Shown piece by piece: positions 1 through 9,283 of a DNA stretch of 64,000 nucleotides. The notes below the pieces were generated by a model, which saw only the letters and a program-made list of their open reading frames with translations, was not told where the DNA came from and did no database searches. A program made the position numbers and the translations under genes. The DNA lies in the IMG/VR virus record IMGVR_UViG_3300042549_005931, positions 62,001 to 126,000 of that record; one strand, given 5' to 3'. Numbering within the stretch: the first letter of the stretch is position 1; the number at the start of each line of letters is the position of its first letter.

Positions 1-1047
1 TGCGTTATCAAAATCTAATGGAGTGTAGAACTTATTGAATGGTGTATTAATTGCTGAACAGTTTTGTACATATGGTGATGTTGAAATGTATGCACCGGGT
101 GCAAATGCGAAGAAGAAACCACTTCTTGGGTCTTCTAAATCATCAATTTCACAACCTTCCAATCTTAATCCTTGTGCATAACAACCATTATTCATTAAAA
201 ATAGATTATTACCTTTTGTTCCATTAGTAGGTCGTACAACTACAGACCTTAAATCATCACCTAAAAGTGAAACATTACTTACTAATGTAATTGGTGCCTC
301 TTCAACATAGTATCCACTTTTAACACGGATACTTGTTCTGTAAGGATAAGGATTTGGTGGATTTAATGCGAGTGATGCGGAAGCCGCTTGTGCCGCCACT
401 TTAATTGTTCTAAATGGTGTCGATAATGTTTTTCCATCATTTGAATCACTACCATCTTCACTAACATAAAATACTTTTTCAGTATAACCTACGTTAGTTA
501 AATTACTTCCATCACCATAAATTGAACCTGATACCTTTAACGAACCCGTAATTTCTGTTTTAGTGTTTATTCTTAAACCTTCGGTATTTGATATTGAAGC
601 CGTTGCGTTACCATCGGCAATTCTTGTTGTATTTAATCCGGTAACTCCACTTATTGGTATATTAATTAATTGACTACCGTCACCTCTAAATGAACCACTA
701 ATGTATCCTGTATCTTGTACGTGTAGATTACTACCACTTGTTAATATTAAATCACTATTTTGTGCAATTAAACCAGTATCAATATAACCAATTCCATCGG
801 TAACTATCAATGAACCTGTTATTCTTTGAGTACCTTCTAATCTAATACTACCACTAAGATTTATAGAACCCGTATTCGATGCGTTGGTGATAATTAGTTC
901 TTCAATCGATGTTCCTAATGAACCCGATTTTGCCATGAACGCCTTACCGTCAGTTGTGTTTAATGCTAATTCACCTAATTCAAGATTTGAATTTGTTGGT
1001 TTTTGACCTGATACACTACTCCTACGCAGTCTAATGATTTGTGCCAT
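1..1047 (-). CDS. Tail fibre/spike protein (3' truncated by window edge); N-terminal virion-attachment motif plus beta-helix (pectin-lyase/DUF1565-like) domain
   Basis: Not in ORF track. Read by hand from ATG at 1047: MAQIIRLRRSSVSGQKPTNSNLELGELALNTTDGK...VFYVSEDGSDSNDGKTLSTPFRTIKVAA...IRVKSGYYVEEAPI; open to position 1. Confidence 0.75.
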   Translation of the reverse strand, partial: MAQIIRLRRSSVSGQKPTNSNLELGELALNTTDGKAFMAKSGSLGTSIEELIITNASNTGSINLSGSIRLEGTQRITGSLIVTDGIGYIDTGLIAQNSDLILTSGSNLHVQDTGYISGSFRGDGSQLINIPISGVTGLNTTRIADGNATASISNTEGLRINTKTEITGSLKVSGSIYGDGSNLTNVGYTEKVFYVSEDGSDSNDGKTLSTPFRTIKVAAQAASASLALNPPNPYPYRTSIRVKSGYYVEEAPITLVSNVSLLGDDLRSVVVRPTNGTKGNNLFLMNNGCYAQGLRLEGCEIDDLEDPRSGFFFAFAPGAYISTSPYVQNCSAINTPFNKFYTPLDFDNA

Positions 1048-1113
1048 ATATATGGTTCTATTTTATATAAAATCTTGTGATATATATCACATTTAATTTG
1101 ACCTATATAGGTC
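1044..1113. repeat. Four consecutive perfect palindromes, each centred on TATA
   Basis: CCATATATATGG 1044-1055; ATTTTATATAAAAT 1060-1073; TGTGATATATATCACA 1076-1091; GACCTATATAGGTC 1100-1113. Confidence 0.9.
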
Positions 1114-1117
1114 TCTA

Positions 1118-1125
1118 TATAAATA
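1118..1125 (-). promoter_or_regulatory. Putative late promoter TATTTATA
   Basis: Motif recurs just upstream of many structural genes in the window. Confidence 0.6.
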
Positions 1126-1164
1126 CACAAAATTTCTATTTAAATAAATAAAATGTGAAAAAAA

Positions 1165-2934
1165 TTATAAACCGTATTTAGATTTTGTAACGTTAAAATT
1201 ATTTGTTACATCCAACGCACTTAATCCTTTGGTGTAAAAATAAGCGGCTCCTATTTTACCATCTAAGAATGTGGAACTAATTCCAGTTCCAATGTATCCT
1301 AAATATAATGGATTGGTTTCACCATATCCGTCACTACCATGTGCGGTTGAAGATACTTCAGTTGTATTAATGTAAACTTTTGTAGTATTTACGGTTGCGG
1401 TTATTTGTGATATAAATGTATATAAATACCACGTATTAACAGATACTGGATTAGTGGTGGAATCGGTTATCTTTTGAACTCCAGTTCCATTTGTTACGAT
1501 TCTTGTCTTACCGGCATTTGAAAACAACCCACCCCAATACCCATCAAATCCAAACGAAGATGATAACTTTCCAAACACGGGTTGTCCTTGTGTATTTAGT
1601 GCGGGTAATGTATCAAACTTAACCCAAACTTGAATAGTTCTTTGAGTTGATGTGTTTAGTGAAAAATTTGATTTATGTGGAATTTGAATAGTATCGTTTA
1701 CACCATCTAAATCAAATATACCACCATTGTCACTCAACCAAGTTGCACCATTTATAGTTGCATTATTTCCATTAACCGTTCTATCATTCCAATTACCCGA
1801 TATATAATCCGTAGCATTCAATTCCATGAATAATCCATCAGTTATAAGTGTTGAAGTAACCGTTGTTGGCGTTATACTTGGTGTAACACTATTTGTTGGT
1901 GTTATTGTTGTAGTAACACTTGGAGTTGGTGTAACACTGTTTGTTGGTGTTATTGTTGTAGTAACACTTGGAGTTGGGGTAACAGTGTTTGTGGGTGTAA
2001 TAGTATTAGTAGGTGTTACACTATTTGTTGGTGTTGGTGTTGGTGTTGGGTCTATAAATCTTGAATTATATGTTGCGTGTAATGATTGTATTTCAGCCAA
2101 TGTTAATGCTCCATTATATACTTTTACAAATGCAACATCCGCAGTTACAGGTTCAGAATTTGTGGTAGAAGTTGAAAATCTACCAAATAATCTTAATCCG
2201 TTAAATCCACTACTTCCATTACGAGTTCCATTTGTAGTTGATGGTGCGGTGGTTGTTGCGATGTATGATTTTGTACTGTTAGTTGTATTTAACCCATCAT
2301 TAGTCATCCATATAAAATGCCAAGCAGTATCTGCAGCAGTTGTATTACTTCCAACAAATGCATCATTAAAGGCAATATTCATTCTCGATGCGGGTGAACC
2401 CCACAATCCCATTAAGAAATCGGGTGAAGCGGTATTGGCGTTTAATAATCTACCTGCAGTTCCACCATCCCATTTATAAGCCATAAATACCGTCCAAGGT
2501 TGAGATGACGTTGAGTAATTTAAACCACTCACATAGAACATATCGGATGTACCCGTTGATGATTTTCTAAACACACCACCATTTGCACCATTCCAAGCCA
2601 TACTATTACCCGTATTTGTCATTGTTATAGTATATGCACCTGTTCCCGCAATTGTTGAGCCATTTGTTGGCATTGCCGAATAGTTTGCACCATCCAAATC
2701 AAATACTAAAGTAGCACTAATTGATGCTGGTGTTTTGCTTGGTGTTGGTGTAACCGTTTTAGTAGGGGTAATAGTATTGGTAGGTGTTACACTATTTGTT
2801 GGTGTTATGGTTGGTGTAACCGTTTTAGTAGGGGTTATTGTATTTGTTGGTGTAACCGTTGGGGTGGGTGTTGATGGCGGTACAAACGCATCAAGACTAC
2901 CAACTACAAACCCATTTTTAAAAATTATACCCAT
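1165..2934 (-). CDS. Virion-associated protein with two LamG/concanavalin-A-like domains joined by Thr/Pro repeats
   Basis: TPTNTV repeats; LamG-type motifs (FDLDGVNDTIQIP, TIQVWVKF, LDGKIGAAYFYTKGLS...NFNVTKSKYGL). Confidence 0.7.
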   Translation of the reverse strand: MGIIFKNGFVVGSLDAFVPPSTPTPTVTPTNTITPTKTVTPTITPTNSVTPTNTITPTKTVTPTPSKTPASISATLVFDLDGANYSAMPTNGSTIAGTGAYTITMTNTGNSMAWNGANGGVFRKSSTGTSDMFYVSGLNYSTSSQPWTVFMAYKWDGGTAGRLLNANTASPDFLMGLWGSPASRMNIAFNDAFVGSNTTAADTAWHFIWMTNDGLNTTNSTKSYIATTTAPSTTNGTRNGSSGFNGLRLFGRFSTSTTNSEPVTADVAFVKVYNGALTLAEIQSLHATYNSRFIDPTPTPTPTNSVTPTNTITPTNTVTPTPSVTTTITPTNSVTPTPSVTTTITPTNSVTPSITPTTVTSTLITDGLFMELNATDYISGNWNDRTVNGNNATINGATWLSDNGGIFDLDGVNDTIQIPHKSNFSLNTSTQRTIQVWVKFDTLPALNTQGQPVFGKLSSSFGFDGYWGGLFSNAGKTRIVTNGTGVQKITDSTTNPVSVNTWYLYTFISQITATVNTTKVYINTTEVSSTAHGSDGYGETNPLYLGYIGTGISSTFLDGKIGAAYFYTKGLSALDVTNNFNVTKSKYGL

Positions 2935-2940
2935 TATGTT

Positions 2941-2948
2941 TATAAATA
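2941..2948 (-). promoter_or_regulatory. Putative late promoter TATTTATA
   Basis: 6 nt upstream of ATG at 2934. Confidence 0.6.
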
Positions 2949-2986
2949 GAGAATTTTTTAATTTAAGTAAATTAAAAATTGAACCA

Positions 2987-3901
2987 TTATGTTATTTGAG
3001 TAACTGTTACAATTACCGATGGTGTTGCGGGTCTGGCAGGTGCCGATTGTGTTCCTTTATACTGTAATCGTCCATTTGCCGTTGTTTTTGACCAATACAA
3101 TTCTACATAACTACCAGATGAAATTGGAGTTAAAAAGTTTAGTGCCGCCACCGAAAATCCACCACCACTTACCTTTTCAATAGAGAAATCGGTATTTGAA
3201 TTATCTATATTAGAACCTGTCATAGCAAACCAAACAGAAAAATCAACTGATTCGTTTGATGTGGTGTGCAATTGTGCTGAAAATTGAATGTTATATAATC
3301 CCGTATTTTGTACATAAATTCTAGTTGGAAATCCACTACCATTATTTCCAACGTACATACCAGATATATCGGAAGTCGGTACTTCAAATTTCATAGAATA
3401 TGCAGTATCCGCAGAACCAGTTTGATTTTCTAACGAATACCATTGTCCGTAGTTGAATTGTTTGTTTCCGTTTTTATATATTGAACCATTTACATTTAGG
3501 GAACCTGACATGTTAATTGAACCCGTTATCCACTGTGAACCTGTTAGGTATTGTGAACCTGTCACGATGAATATTGAATTGTGAAAATTAGAACTACCAC
3601 TCACATCAATACTACCACTAATTGTGGTGTTACCCACAATTGTGTTTGTTCCTGTCATAAGAGTATTACCCACGATTGTGTTACTACCACTTAAATTATG
3701 GACACCTTTAAATGTTGTTGAACCACTCACATTAAAAGAACCGGTTACTACTTGGTCTCCGTGAAAATTATTATTACCATCTAATAATGTCTCTTTTGTT
3801 ACAGTATATGTTGTTGTGTTACTTGCGTTGTTCATTACAACATGAACACCACTGGTATCTCCACTAAATTGTGGTAATTGGTCTATTTTTCTATTTGACA
3901 T
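2987..3901 (-). CDS. Tail fibre-like protein with C1q/BclA-like C-terminal beta-sandwich
   Basis: MSNRKIDQLP N-terminus, G-S-x-x-I/V-T/S fibre repeats, C-terminal GLYNIQFSAQL...YVELYW...PSVIVTVTQ. Confidence 0.6.
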   Translation of the reverse strand: MSNRKIDQLPQFSGDTSGVHVVMNNASNTTTYTVTKETLLDGNNNFHGDQVVTGSFNVSGSTTFKGVHNLSGSNTIVGNTLMTGTNTIVGNTTISGSIDVSGSSNFHNSIFIVTGSQYLTGSQWITGSINMSGSLNVNGSIYKNGNKQFNYGQWYSLENQTGSADTAYSMKFEVPTSDISGMYVGNNGSGFPTRIYVQNTGLYNIQFSAQLHTTSNESVDFSVWFAMTGSNIDNSNTDFSIEKVSGGGFSVAALNFLTPISSGSYVELYWSKTTANGRLQYKGTQSAPARPATPSVIVTVTQIT

Positions 3902-4023
3902 TATTCGTTAGGTTGTAATTGTTCATCATCTTGACTTGTTACTATAACATTATCTTCGGTTAATAGTAATCCATTAACTTCTGTTATTGTTAAAATAAAT
4001 CCTTCTGTCATTATTATTGCCAT
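3901..4023 (-). CDS. Small acidic 40-aa protein, probably structural
   Basis: Below ORF-track cutoff. MAIIMTEGFILTITEVNGLLLTEDNVIVTSQDDEQLQPNE; TATTTAT box at 4027-4034; TAATG stop/start coupling to the 304-aa gene. Confidence 0.7.
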   Translation of the reverse strand: MAIIMTEGFILTITEVNGLLLTEDNVIVTSQDDEQLQPNE

Positions 4024-4058
4024 AACAATAAATACCTTAGAAAATAGAATTAGTAAAT

Positions 4059-4088
4059 AAAAAAGGAAGGATTTGAATCCTTCCTTTT
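4059..4088 (-). terminator. Intrinsic terminator (possibly bidirectional)
   Basis: AAAAGGAAGGATT-TG-AATCCTTCCTTTT inverted repeat with T-tracts on both strands. Confidence 0.8.
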
Positions 4089-4112
4089 AATTAATTACTA
4101 TTATACTTTAAA

Positions 4113-5777
4113 TTACACATAAGAACCCCCGTCAATCACTGTCGAGAATACCAATGCACCATTTGAATTCTTATAACCTAAAATTCCATCCATAACATCT
4201 GTTGTTGATGTTGTTGAAACATAACCTAAAATGTTAGATGAATTTCTAAATACGATTGCAGATGAACTTAAAGCGTTATCGGTACCACCTGAATATGATA
4301 ATGTTAAATTACCTGTTATCGTAGCATCACCAGTTCCTGAATCAACACTAAATTTATTAGTGTTAAGTGCCAATGTTGTACCATTATATGTTAACAAGCT
4401 ATTACCAATCGTACCATTAGATGTTGCAATAGGGAATGTTCCGTCAGTTAAACTTGTTTCAGAGCCCATTGAACCAGTTGTTACACTAACAATTTTACCT
4501 GTGTTTCCGTTACTATATTGAACCAACCAATAATCATTTATTGCATCCCATAAGAATGAACCTGACAATCCTGCAGAACCTGAATCATATGCAGATAAAC
4601 CAGCATATCTATCAAATGGTGAATAAGCGTTAACTTGAATGATGTTATCACCGATATTAACTGTATTAGATTCTAAATTAACATTGGTTGCAGTCCCAAA
4701 AACTTCTAAATTACCTGATACATATAAATTACCGTTTACACTTGTATTATTATCCAAATAAATTCCATTTGTACTATCAATTGTTACTGTTTGTGCACCA
4801 TCGTCAATTTTTAAATAATTTGTATCATCACCAAAGAAACTATATGATGCATTACCTTTAATATGAATATCAGAAGGGGCCGTATTATATATTCTAAAAT
4901 CTCTACCATCGTTTAAATCTGGTTTCAAATATAATGAACCCGTACCTTGAATATTTGTTACTTCAAGTGCACCTGATAAATTTAAATTACCGTTATCAAA
5001 TGTTAATCCACTGTAATTTGTTAATAAACCATTAGCACCCGCAACAACTAATCTTTTTTCGGTTAAATCTTCTACATACACAGAACCTGATAATATGGTC
5101 GTACCACTTACAATTAAATCCCCCGGTAATGAGATTGAATTAATAGCAATACTCTCCAAATTAATGTTTTCAATATACGCAGTTCCACTAACATACAAAT
5201 CATTCCATGCATTATCGGCACTACCTAAATCGAAAGTATTATTTAACGCCGGAATCAATGATGAACTAATTTCACCATTAATGTTAACAGTATCACCCGT
5301 TAAGTTATCACCGATATTGATATTACCTCTTAAAGTAACATCACCTGTTAATGTGATAGAACCTGTTTGGTAAGTGTTACCGGTCATGTTTAAATCACCA
5401 TCTAAACCTAAAGTTCCTGTTAATTTATTAATTGTAAGTCCTGAAATTGTATTTCCTTCAATATTACCTGTTAAATCGATATCACTATTACCATCCTTAC
5501 TTAAGATGTATAATGTTTTGTTACCTGTAGCGTAAAAAGGTGTTCCGTCAATTACAGAACCGTAAGAACCAACTGAAATTGTTGGTGCGGTTGAACCTTG
5601 AAAAATTTTAGAAACTGGTCTATACGCACCAGCAACACCTTCAGATTCACCAATGAACACCATTGGTCCGTTTAGGTCGTTGATGGAACCGGTAGCCATT
5701 ACAAATTCACCAACCCTTGCGGTAACGTCTTTTAGAGTACCAATTCCACCTCTTCTGTGTTTAATTATTTGTGCCAT
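4113..5777 (-). CDS. Tail fibre protein
   Basis: MAQIIKHRRG...VGEF N-terminus paralogous to the 1-1047 gene; Gly/Asn/Thr-rich beta repeats; C-terminal IDGGSY. Confidence 0.65.
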   Translation of the reverse strand: MAQIIKHRRGGIGTLKDVTARVGEFVMATGSINDLNGPMVFIGESEGVAGAYRPVSKIFQGSTAPTISVGSYGSVIDGTPFYATGNKTLYILSKDGNSDIDLTGNIEGNTISGLTINKLTGTLGLDGDLNMTGNTYQTGSITLTGDVTLRGNINIGDNLTGDTVNINGEISSSLIPALNNTFDLGSADNAWNDLYVSGTAYIENINLESIAINSISLPGDLIVSGTTILSGSVYVEDLTEKRLVVAGANGLLTNYSGLTFDNGNLNLSGALEVTNIQGTGSLYLKPDLNDGRDFRIYNTAPSDIHIKGNASYSFFGDDTNYLKIDDGAQTVTIDSTNGIYLDNNTSVNGNLYVSGNLEVFGTATNVNLESNTVNIGDNIIQVNAYSPFDRYAGLSAYDSGSAGLSGSFLWDAINDYWLVQYSNGNTGKIVSVTTGSMGSETSLTDGTFPIATSNGTIGNSLLTYNGTTLALNTNKFSVDSGTGDATITGNLTLSYSGGTDNALSSSAIVFRNSSNILGYVSTTSTTDVMDGILGYKNSNGALVFSTVIDGGSYV

Positions 5778-5818
5778 TCTTTGTTGTTTGTTTTATATTA
5801 TAAATACTTTATTTTTGT

Positions 5819-6634
5819 TTAGAAAAACCCATCCCCACAGTCAATTATATTCACATTTGTTTTATGTTCAGCCAATATAATATTTTGCATTTTAATTGAC
5901 GCCGATACTATCTGTGCATTTATTTGGTTTTCAACTATACTCATAGCTCCTGAAACTACTAATGATTCCATATTAGGGTTTAAAGTTTGAACCAATGTAG
6001 TCATACCCTCAACTCTTAAATTACCTTTAATAGTTACCGAACCACTAAGTAACATTGAACCAGTGTCAGTGGTGTTAATGATAACATTTGTACCGTCATC
6101 ATAAATCCTTGAATCGACTAAAATACCACTACCTGAAGATTTTTGTATGTAATTTAAATTACCACTACCAGTTTTTTGTAAAACAATTTTTTGTTCAGAA
6201 CCCGCAGGACCCGCTTTCCAATAATCACCGGTAGAATCCCACAATAAAGAACCTGAAATGGTATTTGGTGCGGTTGGGTCTCTTACGATTAGACCACCAT
6301 TCATTTGACCATTACCGTTTAATTCGATAATGTTGTCACCTAACTGTATTGTATTTGAATTTATTGAGGTGGTGGTTCCTAAAACTAATAAATTACCCTT
6401 TACTGTTAAATTGGACCCCGTGGTTTGAATTGCCTCTTTTATTGATGCGGAAAATAAATTTAATTCCTCCGTACCCTGAGTGTTTAAGAAATTTGAGAGA
6501 TTTAAACCAGATACAAATACCTCATCAAAATAACCATTTCTTAGAGCACCGCTAGGTGAACCCAAATTTATAATCGAACCTGATGGTACTTCGGCTGTAT
6601 TAATTTGCAGCCAATTTATCTGTTGTAATGCCAT
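5819..6634 (-). CDS. Tail fibre-related protein
   Basis: Shares the GNL.V.G...I.S....GDNII.LN...SGS.LWD...DYW module with 4113-5777; ends IDCGDGFF; TATTTAT box at 6654-6661. Confidence 0.6.
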   Translation of the reverse strand: MALQQINWLQINTAEVPSGSIINLGSPSGALRNGYFDEVFVSGLNLSNFLNTQGTEELNLFSASIKEAIQTTGSNLTVKGNLLVLGTTTSINSNTIQLGDNIIELNGNGQMNGGLIVRDPTAPNTISGSLLWDSTGDYWKAGPAGSEQKIVLQKTGSGNLNYIQKSSGSGILVDSRIYDDGTNVIINTTDTGSMLLSGSVTIKGNLRVEGMTTLVQTLNPNMESLVVSGAMSIVENQINAQIVSASIKMQNIILAEHKTNVNIIDCGDGFF

Positions 6635-6683
6635 TAAAAAGTAAAGTCTTTTACATAAATACTTTTATCTTATTTATTGGCAT

Positions 6684-6713
6684 AAAAAAAGGGATAATTT
6701 TTATATCCCTTTT
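6684..6713 (-). terminator. Intrinsic terminator after the glutaredoxin gene
   Basis: AAAAGGGATA...TATCCCTTTT stem followed by a T7 tract on the minus strand. Confidence 0.75.
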
Positions 6714-6716
6714 AAA

Positions 6717-6986
6717 TTAAACGTATTTTTTAATAATTTCTATACACTCTTCTTTACTATTGAAGTCCCTTTCAGGTACAAAGACCGGTCCTTCGTCTGA
6801 ACCATTTATTGAAATATATACTGTTGGTAGTGAATTATGACCTGTTTGGTTTATAACTTGGTTCCAAATTTCCTCATTATCATCAACAACAATTTCGGTG
6901 TAATCAATTTCTAATTCAATTAAACTTTTTTTAAGTTCAACACAATGGCCACAACCATTTAATGTGAAAATAATAATATCGTTCAT
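6717..6986 (-). CDS. Glutaredoxin/NrdH-like redoxin
   Basis: IIIFTLNGCGHC active site; TGHNSLPTVYI cis-Pro loop. Confidence 0.8.
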   Translation of the reverse strand: MNDIIIFTLNGCGHCVELKKSLIELEIDYTEIVVDDNEEIWNQVINQTGHNSLPTVYISINGSDEGPVFVPERDFNSKEECIEIIKKYV

Positions 6987-6988
6987 TA

Positions 6989-7294
6989 TTATAGATTATT
7001 TAAAATATTTTTATAGTATGATTCTTCATTCACACCAGATGAACGGTCTACTAATTTATCACCATCGAAAATCATAACCGTAGGTACTGAACGAATTCCT
7101 GCACTCATTGCATGTTGTTGTTCACTATCTACATCTATCTTAACAAATTCAATATTTGGGTAATCTCTTTCAAATGATTCTAATCTTGGGATTAGGGTTC
7201 TACATGGTCCACACCATTTTGCCCAATAATCCACTAAAACTTTTTTTCCTTGTGATTGTAATTCTTTTACTTGTTCTGCTGTAACGTTTTCCAT
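6989..7294 (-). CDS. trxA: Thioredoxin
   Basis: VDYWAKWCGPC, KIDVD, IRSVPT motifs. Confidence 0.92.
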   Translation of the reverse strand: MENVTAEQVKELQSQGKKVLVDYWAKWCGPCRTLIPRLESFERDYPNIEFVKIDVDSEQQHAMSAGIRSVPTVMIFDGDKLVDRSSGVNEESYYKNILNNL

Positions 7295-7295
7295 T

Positions 7296-8363
7296 TTAAA
7301 ATCCTAATTTACTTGTTTTTATTGTTTTATGTACTTCTACATCTATATTATATATATCTGCCAAAGTCATTCCTTCTTTTACTTCGGTGTCCTTATTAAG
7401 ATGTTTTAATAATTTATTTGTATCTTCTACATTTAACTTATCAAATTTATGTTCGGCAATTAATCTACCCTTTCTTAATAATGCTTTATCAATATTTTCT
7501 TTTCTCATATTGAACGTTGCAATAATTTGAATTGATAAACAATCACCCAAAATACCGTCAGTTAAGTTAAGTACATTAGATACTCCGGCAGATGATACAT
7601 TACCACTCTCTCTATCTCCAATGACACGTTCCGCATCTTCAATGATAAGAATTGAATCCTTATGGTCCATTAAGAACGGAATCATTGATGGGTCGGATAA
7701 CATTTCAGCCATCGATGGTGGAATGAATAAAATATCCTTATCCTCAATTAAACTTGTTAAGTATTTGATATAAGATGTTTTACCGGTACCGTGTTGTCCG
7801 TGTAACAATATAATACCTTTATCATTTTTCTTATTAAGACGACTGATAATTGTTTGATGTACTTCTTTGAACGATTCACCATAGTTTAAATCCAATTCCA
7901 TTGGTGGGATAAACAAATCATACTCTTCAGTATCCAAATGTCCGTGTTCACTCTTTACCAAATGAATGTGTGAACGTTTTTTTGTTCTTACAAATGTTTC
8001 AATTTGAGTAAAATCTAATTGAATATTTAATTCACCATTCTTGACATTATAAAAAAACTCAACATTAACCAAGTTGTCTTTCTTTTTATTGATGTGACCG
8101 GTGATTCTTAATAGTATTTGTTTCTCATAGTTAATTAACATAGTTTGAGAACCAATTTCAAATCTTCTGTTGGTGGCATTAATTCTCATCTCTTCAACGA
8201 ACCCGATTCCTTTAAAATATTTTTCAATTTCAGGGTCGTAGTACTTTGAATCCGTATGTTTAGAAGGTAATGAATCAAAAAATAACACAAACAGTTGTTC
8301 TGTTGGCATATCTGAACCATATACGCTATCATAAATCGGATAAGATGATGGGAATTTTGTCAT
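7296..8363 (-). CDS. AAA+ ATPase
   Basis: Walker A GQHGTGKT, Walker B LIIEDAE, LNLTDG, IDKALLRKGR second region of homology. Confidence 0.85.
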   Translation of the reverse strand: MTKFPSSYPIYDSVYGSDMPTEQLFVLFFDSLPSKHTDSKYYDPEIEKYFKGIGFVEEMRINATNRRFEIGSQTMLINYEKQILLRITGHINKKKDNLVNVEFFYNVKNGELNIQLDFTQIETFVRTKKRSHIHLVKSEHGHLDTEEYDLFIPPMELDLNYGESFKEVHQTIISRLNKKNDKGIILLHGQHGTGKTSYIKYLTSLIEDKDILFIPPSMAEMLSDPSMIPFLMDHKDSILIIEDAERVIGDRESGNVSSAGVSNVLNLTDGILGDCLSIQIIATFNMRKENIDKALLRKGRLIAEHKFDKLNVEDTNKLLKHLNKDTEVKEGMTLADIYNIDVEVHKTIKTSKLGF

Positions 8364-8398
8364 ATCAAAAAATAAGATAAAAATGTGATAAGTTAAAG

Positions 8399-8731
8399 TT
8401 ACTTAGTGGTTATTTTTTCGTAACCTCTATCATCTATGTAGATAATAGTCTCTAATTCGTAATCAAAGGACAAATCCGGTGGTAATTCACTTTCATCCAT
8501 TTCAGATATTTTCATGGCGATTAGTGTTTTTCTTAACAATTCAAATTGAACTTCTGTTAACATAACCTCACCACTATCCTCAAAGTTTTTTTGAGAAATA
8601 TTACCCAAATATCTAAAAAAAGTGTCCTCATCTATCTGTGATAGAAAGTATTCACGAGTTCCTTCGTTTTTACTAAAGAAATTTTTAACTGTCTGAATAT
8701 AGATGAGAACCTCGGGTGGAAAGTCTTCCAT
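8399..8731 (-). CDS. Hypothetical protein
   Basis: 110-aa ORF coupled by TAATG to nusG. Confidence 0.7.
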   Translation of the reverse strand: MEDFPPEVLIYIQTVKNFFSKNEGTREYFLSQIDEDTFFRYLGNISQKNFEDSGEVMLTEVQFELLRKTLIAMKISEMDESELPPDLSFDYELETIIYIDDRGYEKITTK

Positions 8732-9258
8732 TAAATCTTTTGAATTTGATTCATCGTCAATGAAATAGTATTTGACCTACCAAATATTTTAATTTCAATG
8801 TCAACTTTATCATCGTCTTTTAATTCGGATACGACTCCTTCAAATGTTGCAAATGGTCCATCATTAACTATGATGACTTCACCTACCTTATATTTAGTTA
8901 ATTTTGCATCAACATGTCTATCTAAGATATCATCCTTCAAGATTTTTGATATATCACTTTCACGTAATTGGATTGGAATTCTATTACCACCCATACCCAT
9001 AACGTTTTGTGTTAATGATATTGTTTTTAATTCATCATCATTTAACGGAACATTAGATTCGAAGTAAAGATATCCACTATATAACACCTTCTCTCTAATC
9101 ATTTTTTTATTTCTTACCGTTACCTGATGTTTTTCAGTTGGGCAAACGAATCTATTTACATTTCTCATTTTACCCAATGAAATCTGTCTATTAAACTCTT
9201 CAGCCATTTGTCTTTCCTTACCCGGTAAAACTTTTACCAAATACCAAGATGTTTTCAT
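8731..9258 (-). CDS. nusG: Transcription elongation/antitermination factor NusG
   Basis: WYLVKVLPGKE, LYSGYLYFE (NGN domain); VGEVIIVNDGPFATFEG...IFGR (KOW). ATG at 9258 preferred over TTG at 9276. Confidence 0.9.
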   Translation of the reverse strand: MKTSWYLVKVLPGKERQMAEEFNRQISLGKMRNVNRFVCPTEKHQVTVRNKKMIREKVLYSGYLYFESNVPLNDDELKTISLTQNVMGMGGNRIPIQLRESDISKILKDDILDRHVDAKLTKYKVGEVIIVNDGPFATFEGVVSELKDDDKVDIEIKIFGRSNTISLTMNQIQKI

Positions 9259-9283
9259 AATATTATTTTTTAACAATATACTC

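Noticed and set aside
1076-1091. TGTGA-N6-TCACA is a perfect CRP consensus
   Set aside because: It is one of four palindromes sharing the TATATA core but not the arms, so a hairpin array explains it better; CRP/FNR binding is not strictly excluded
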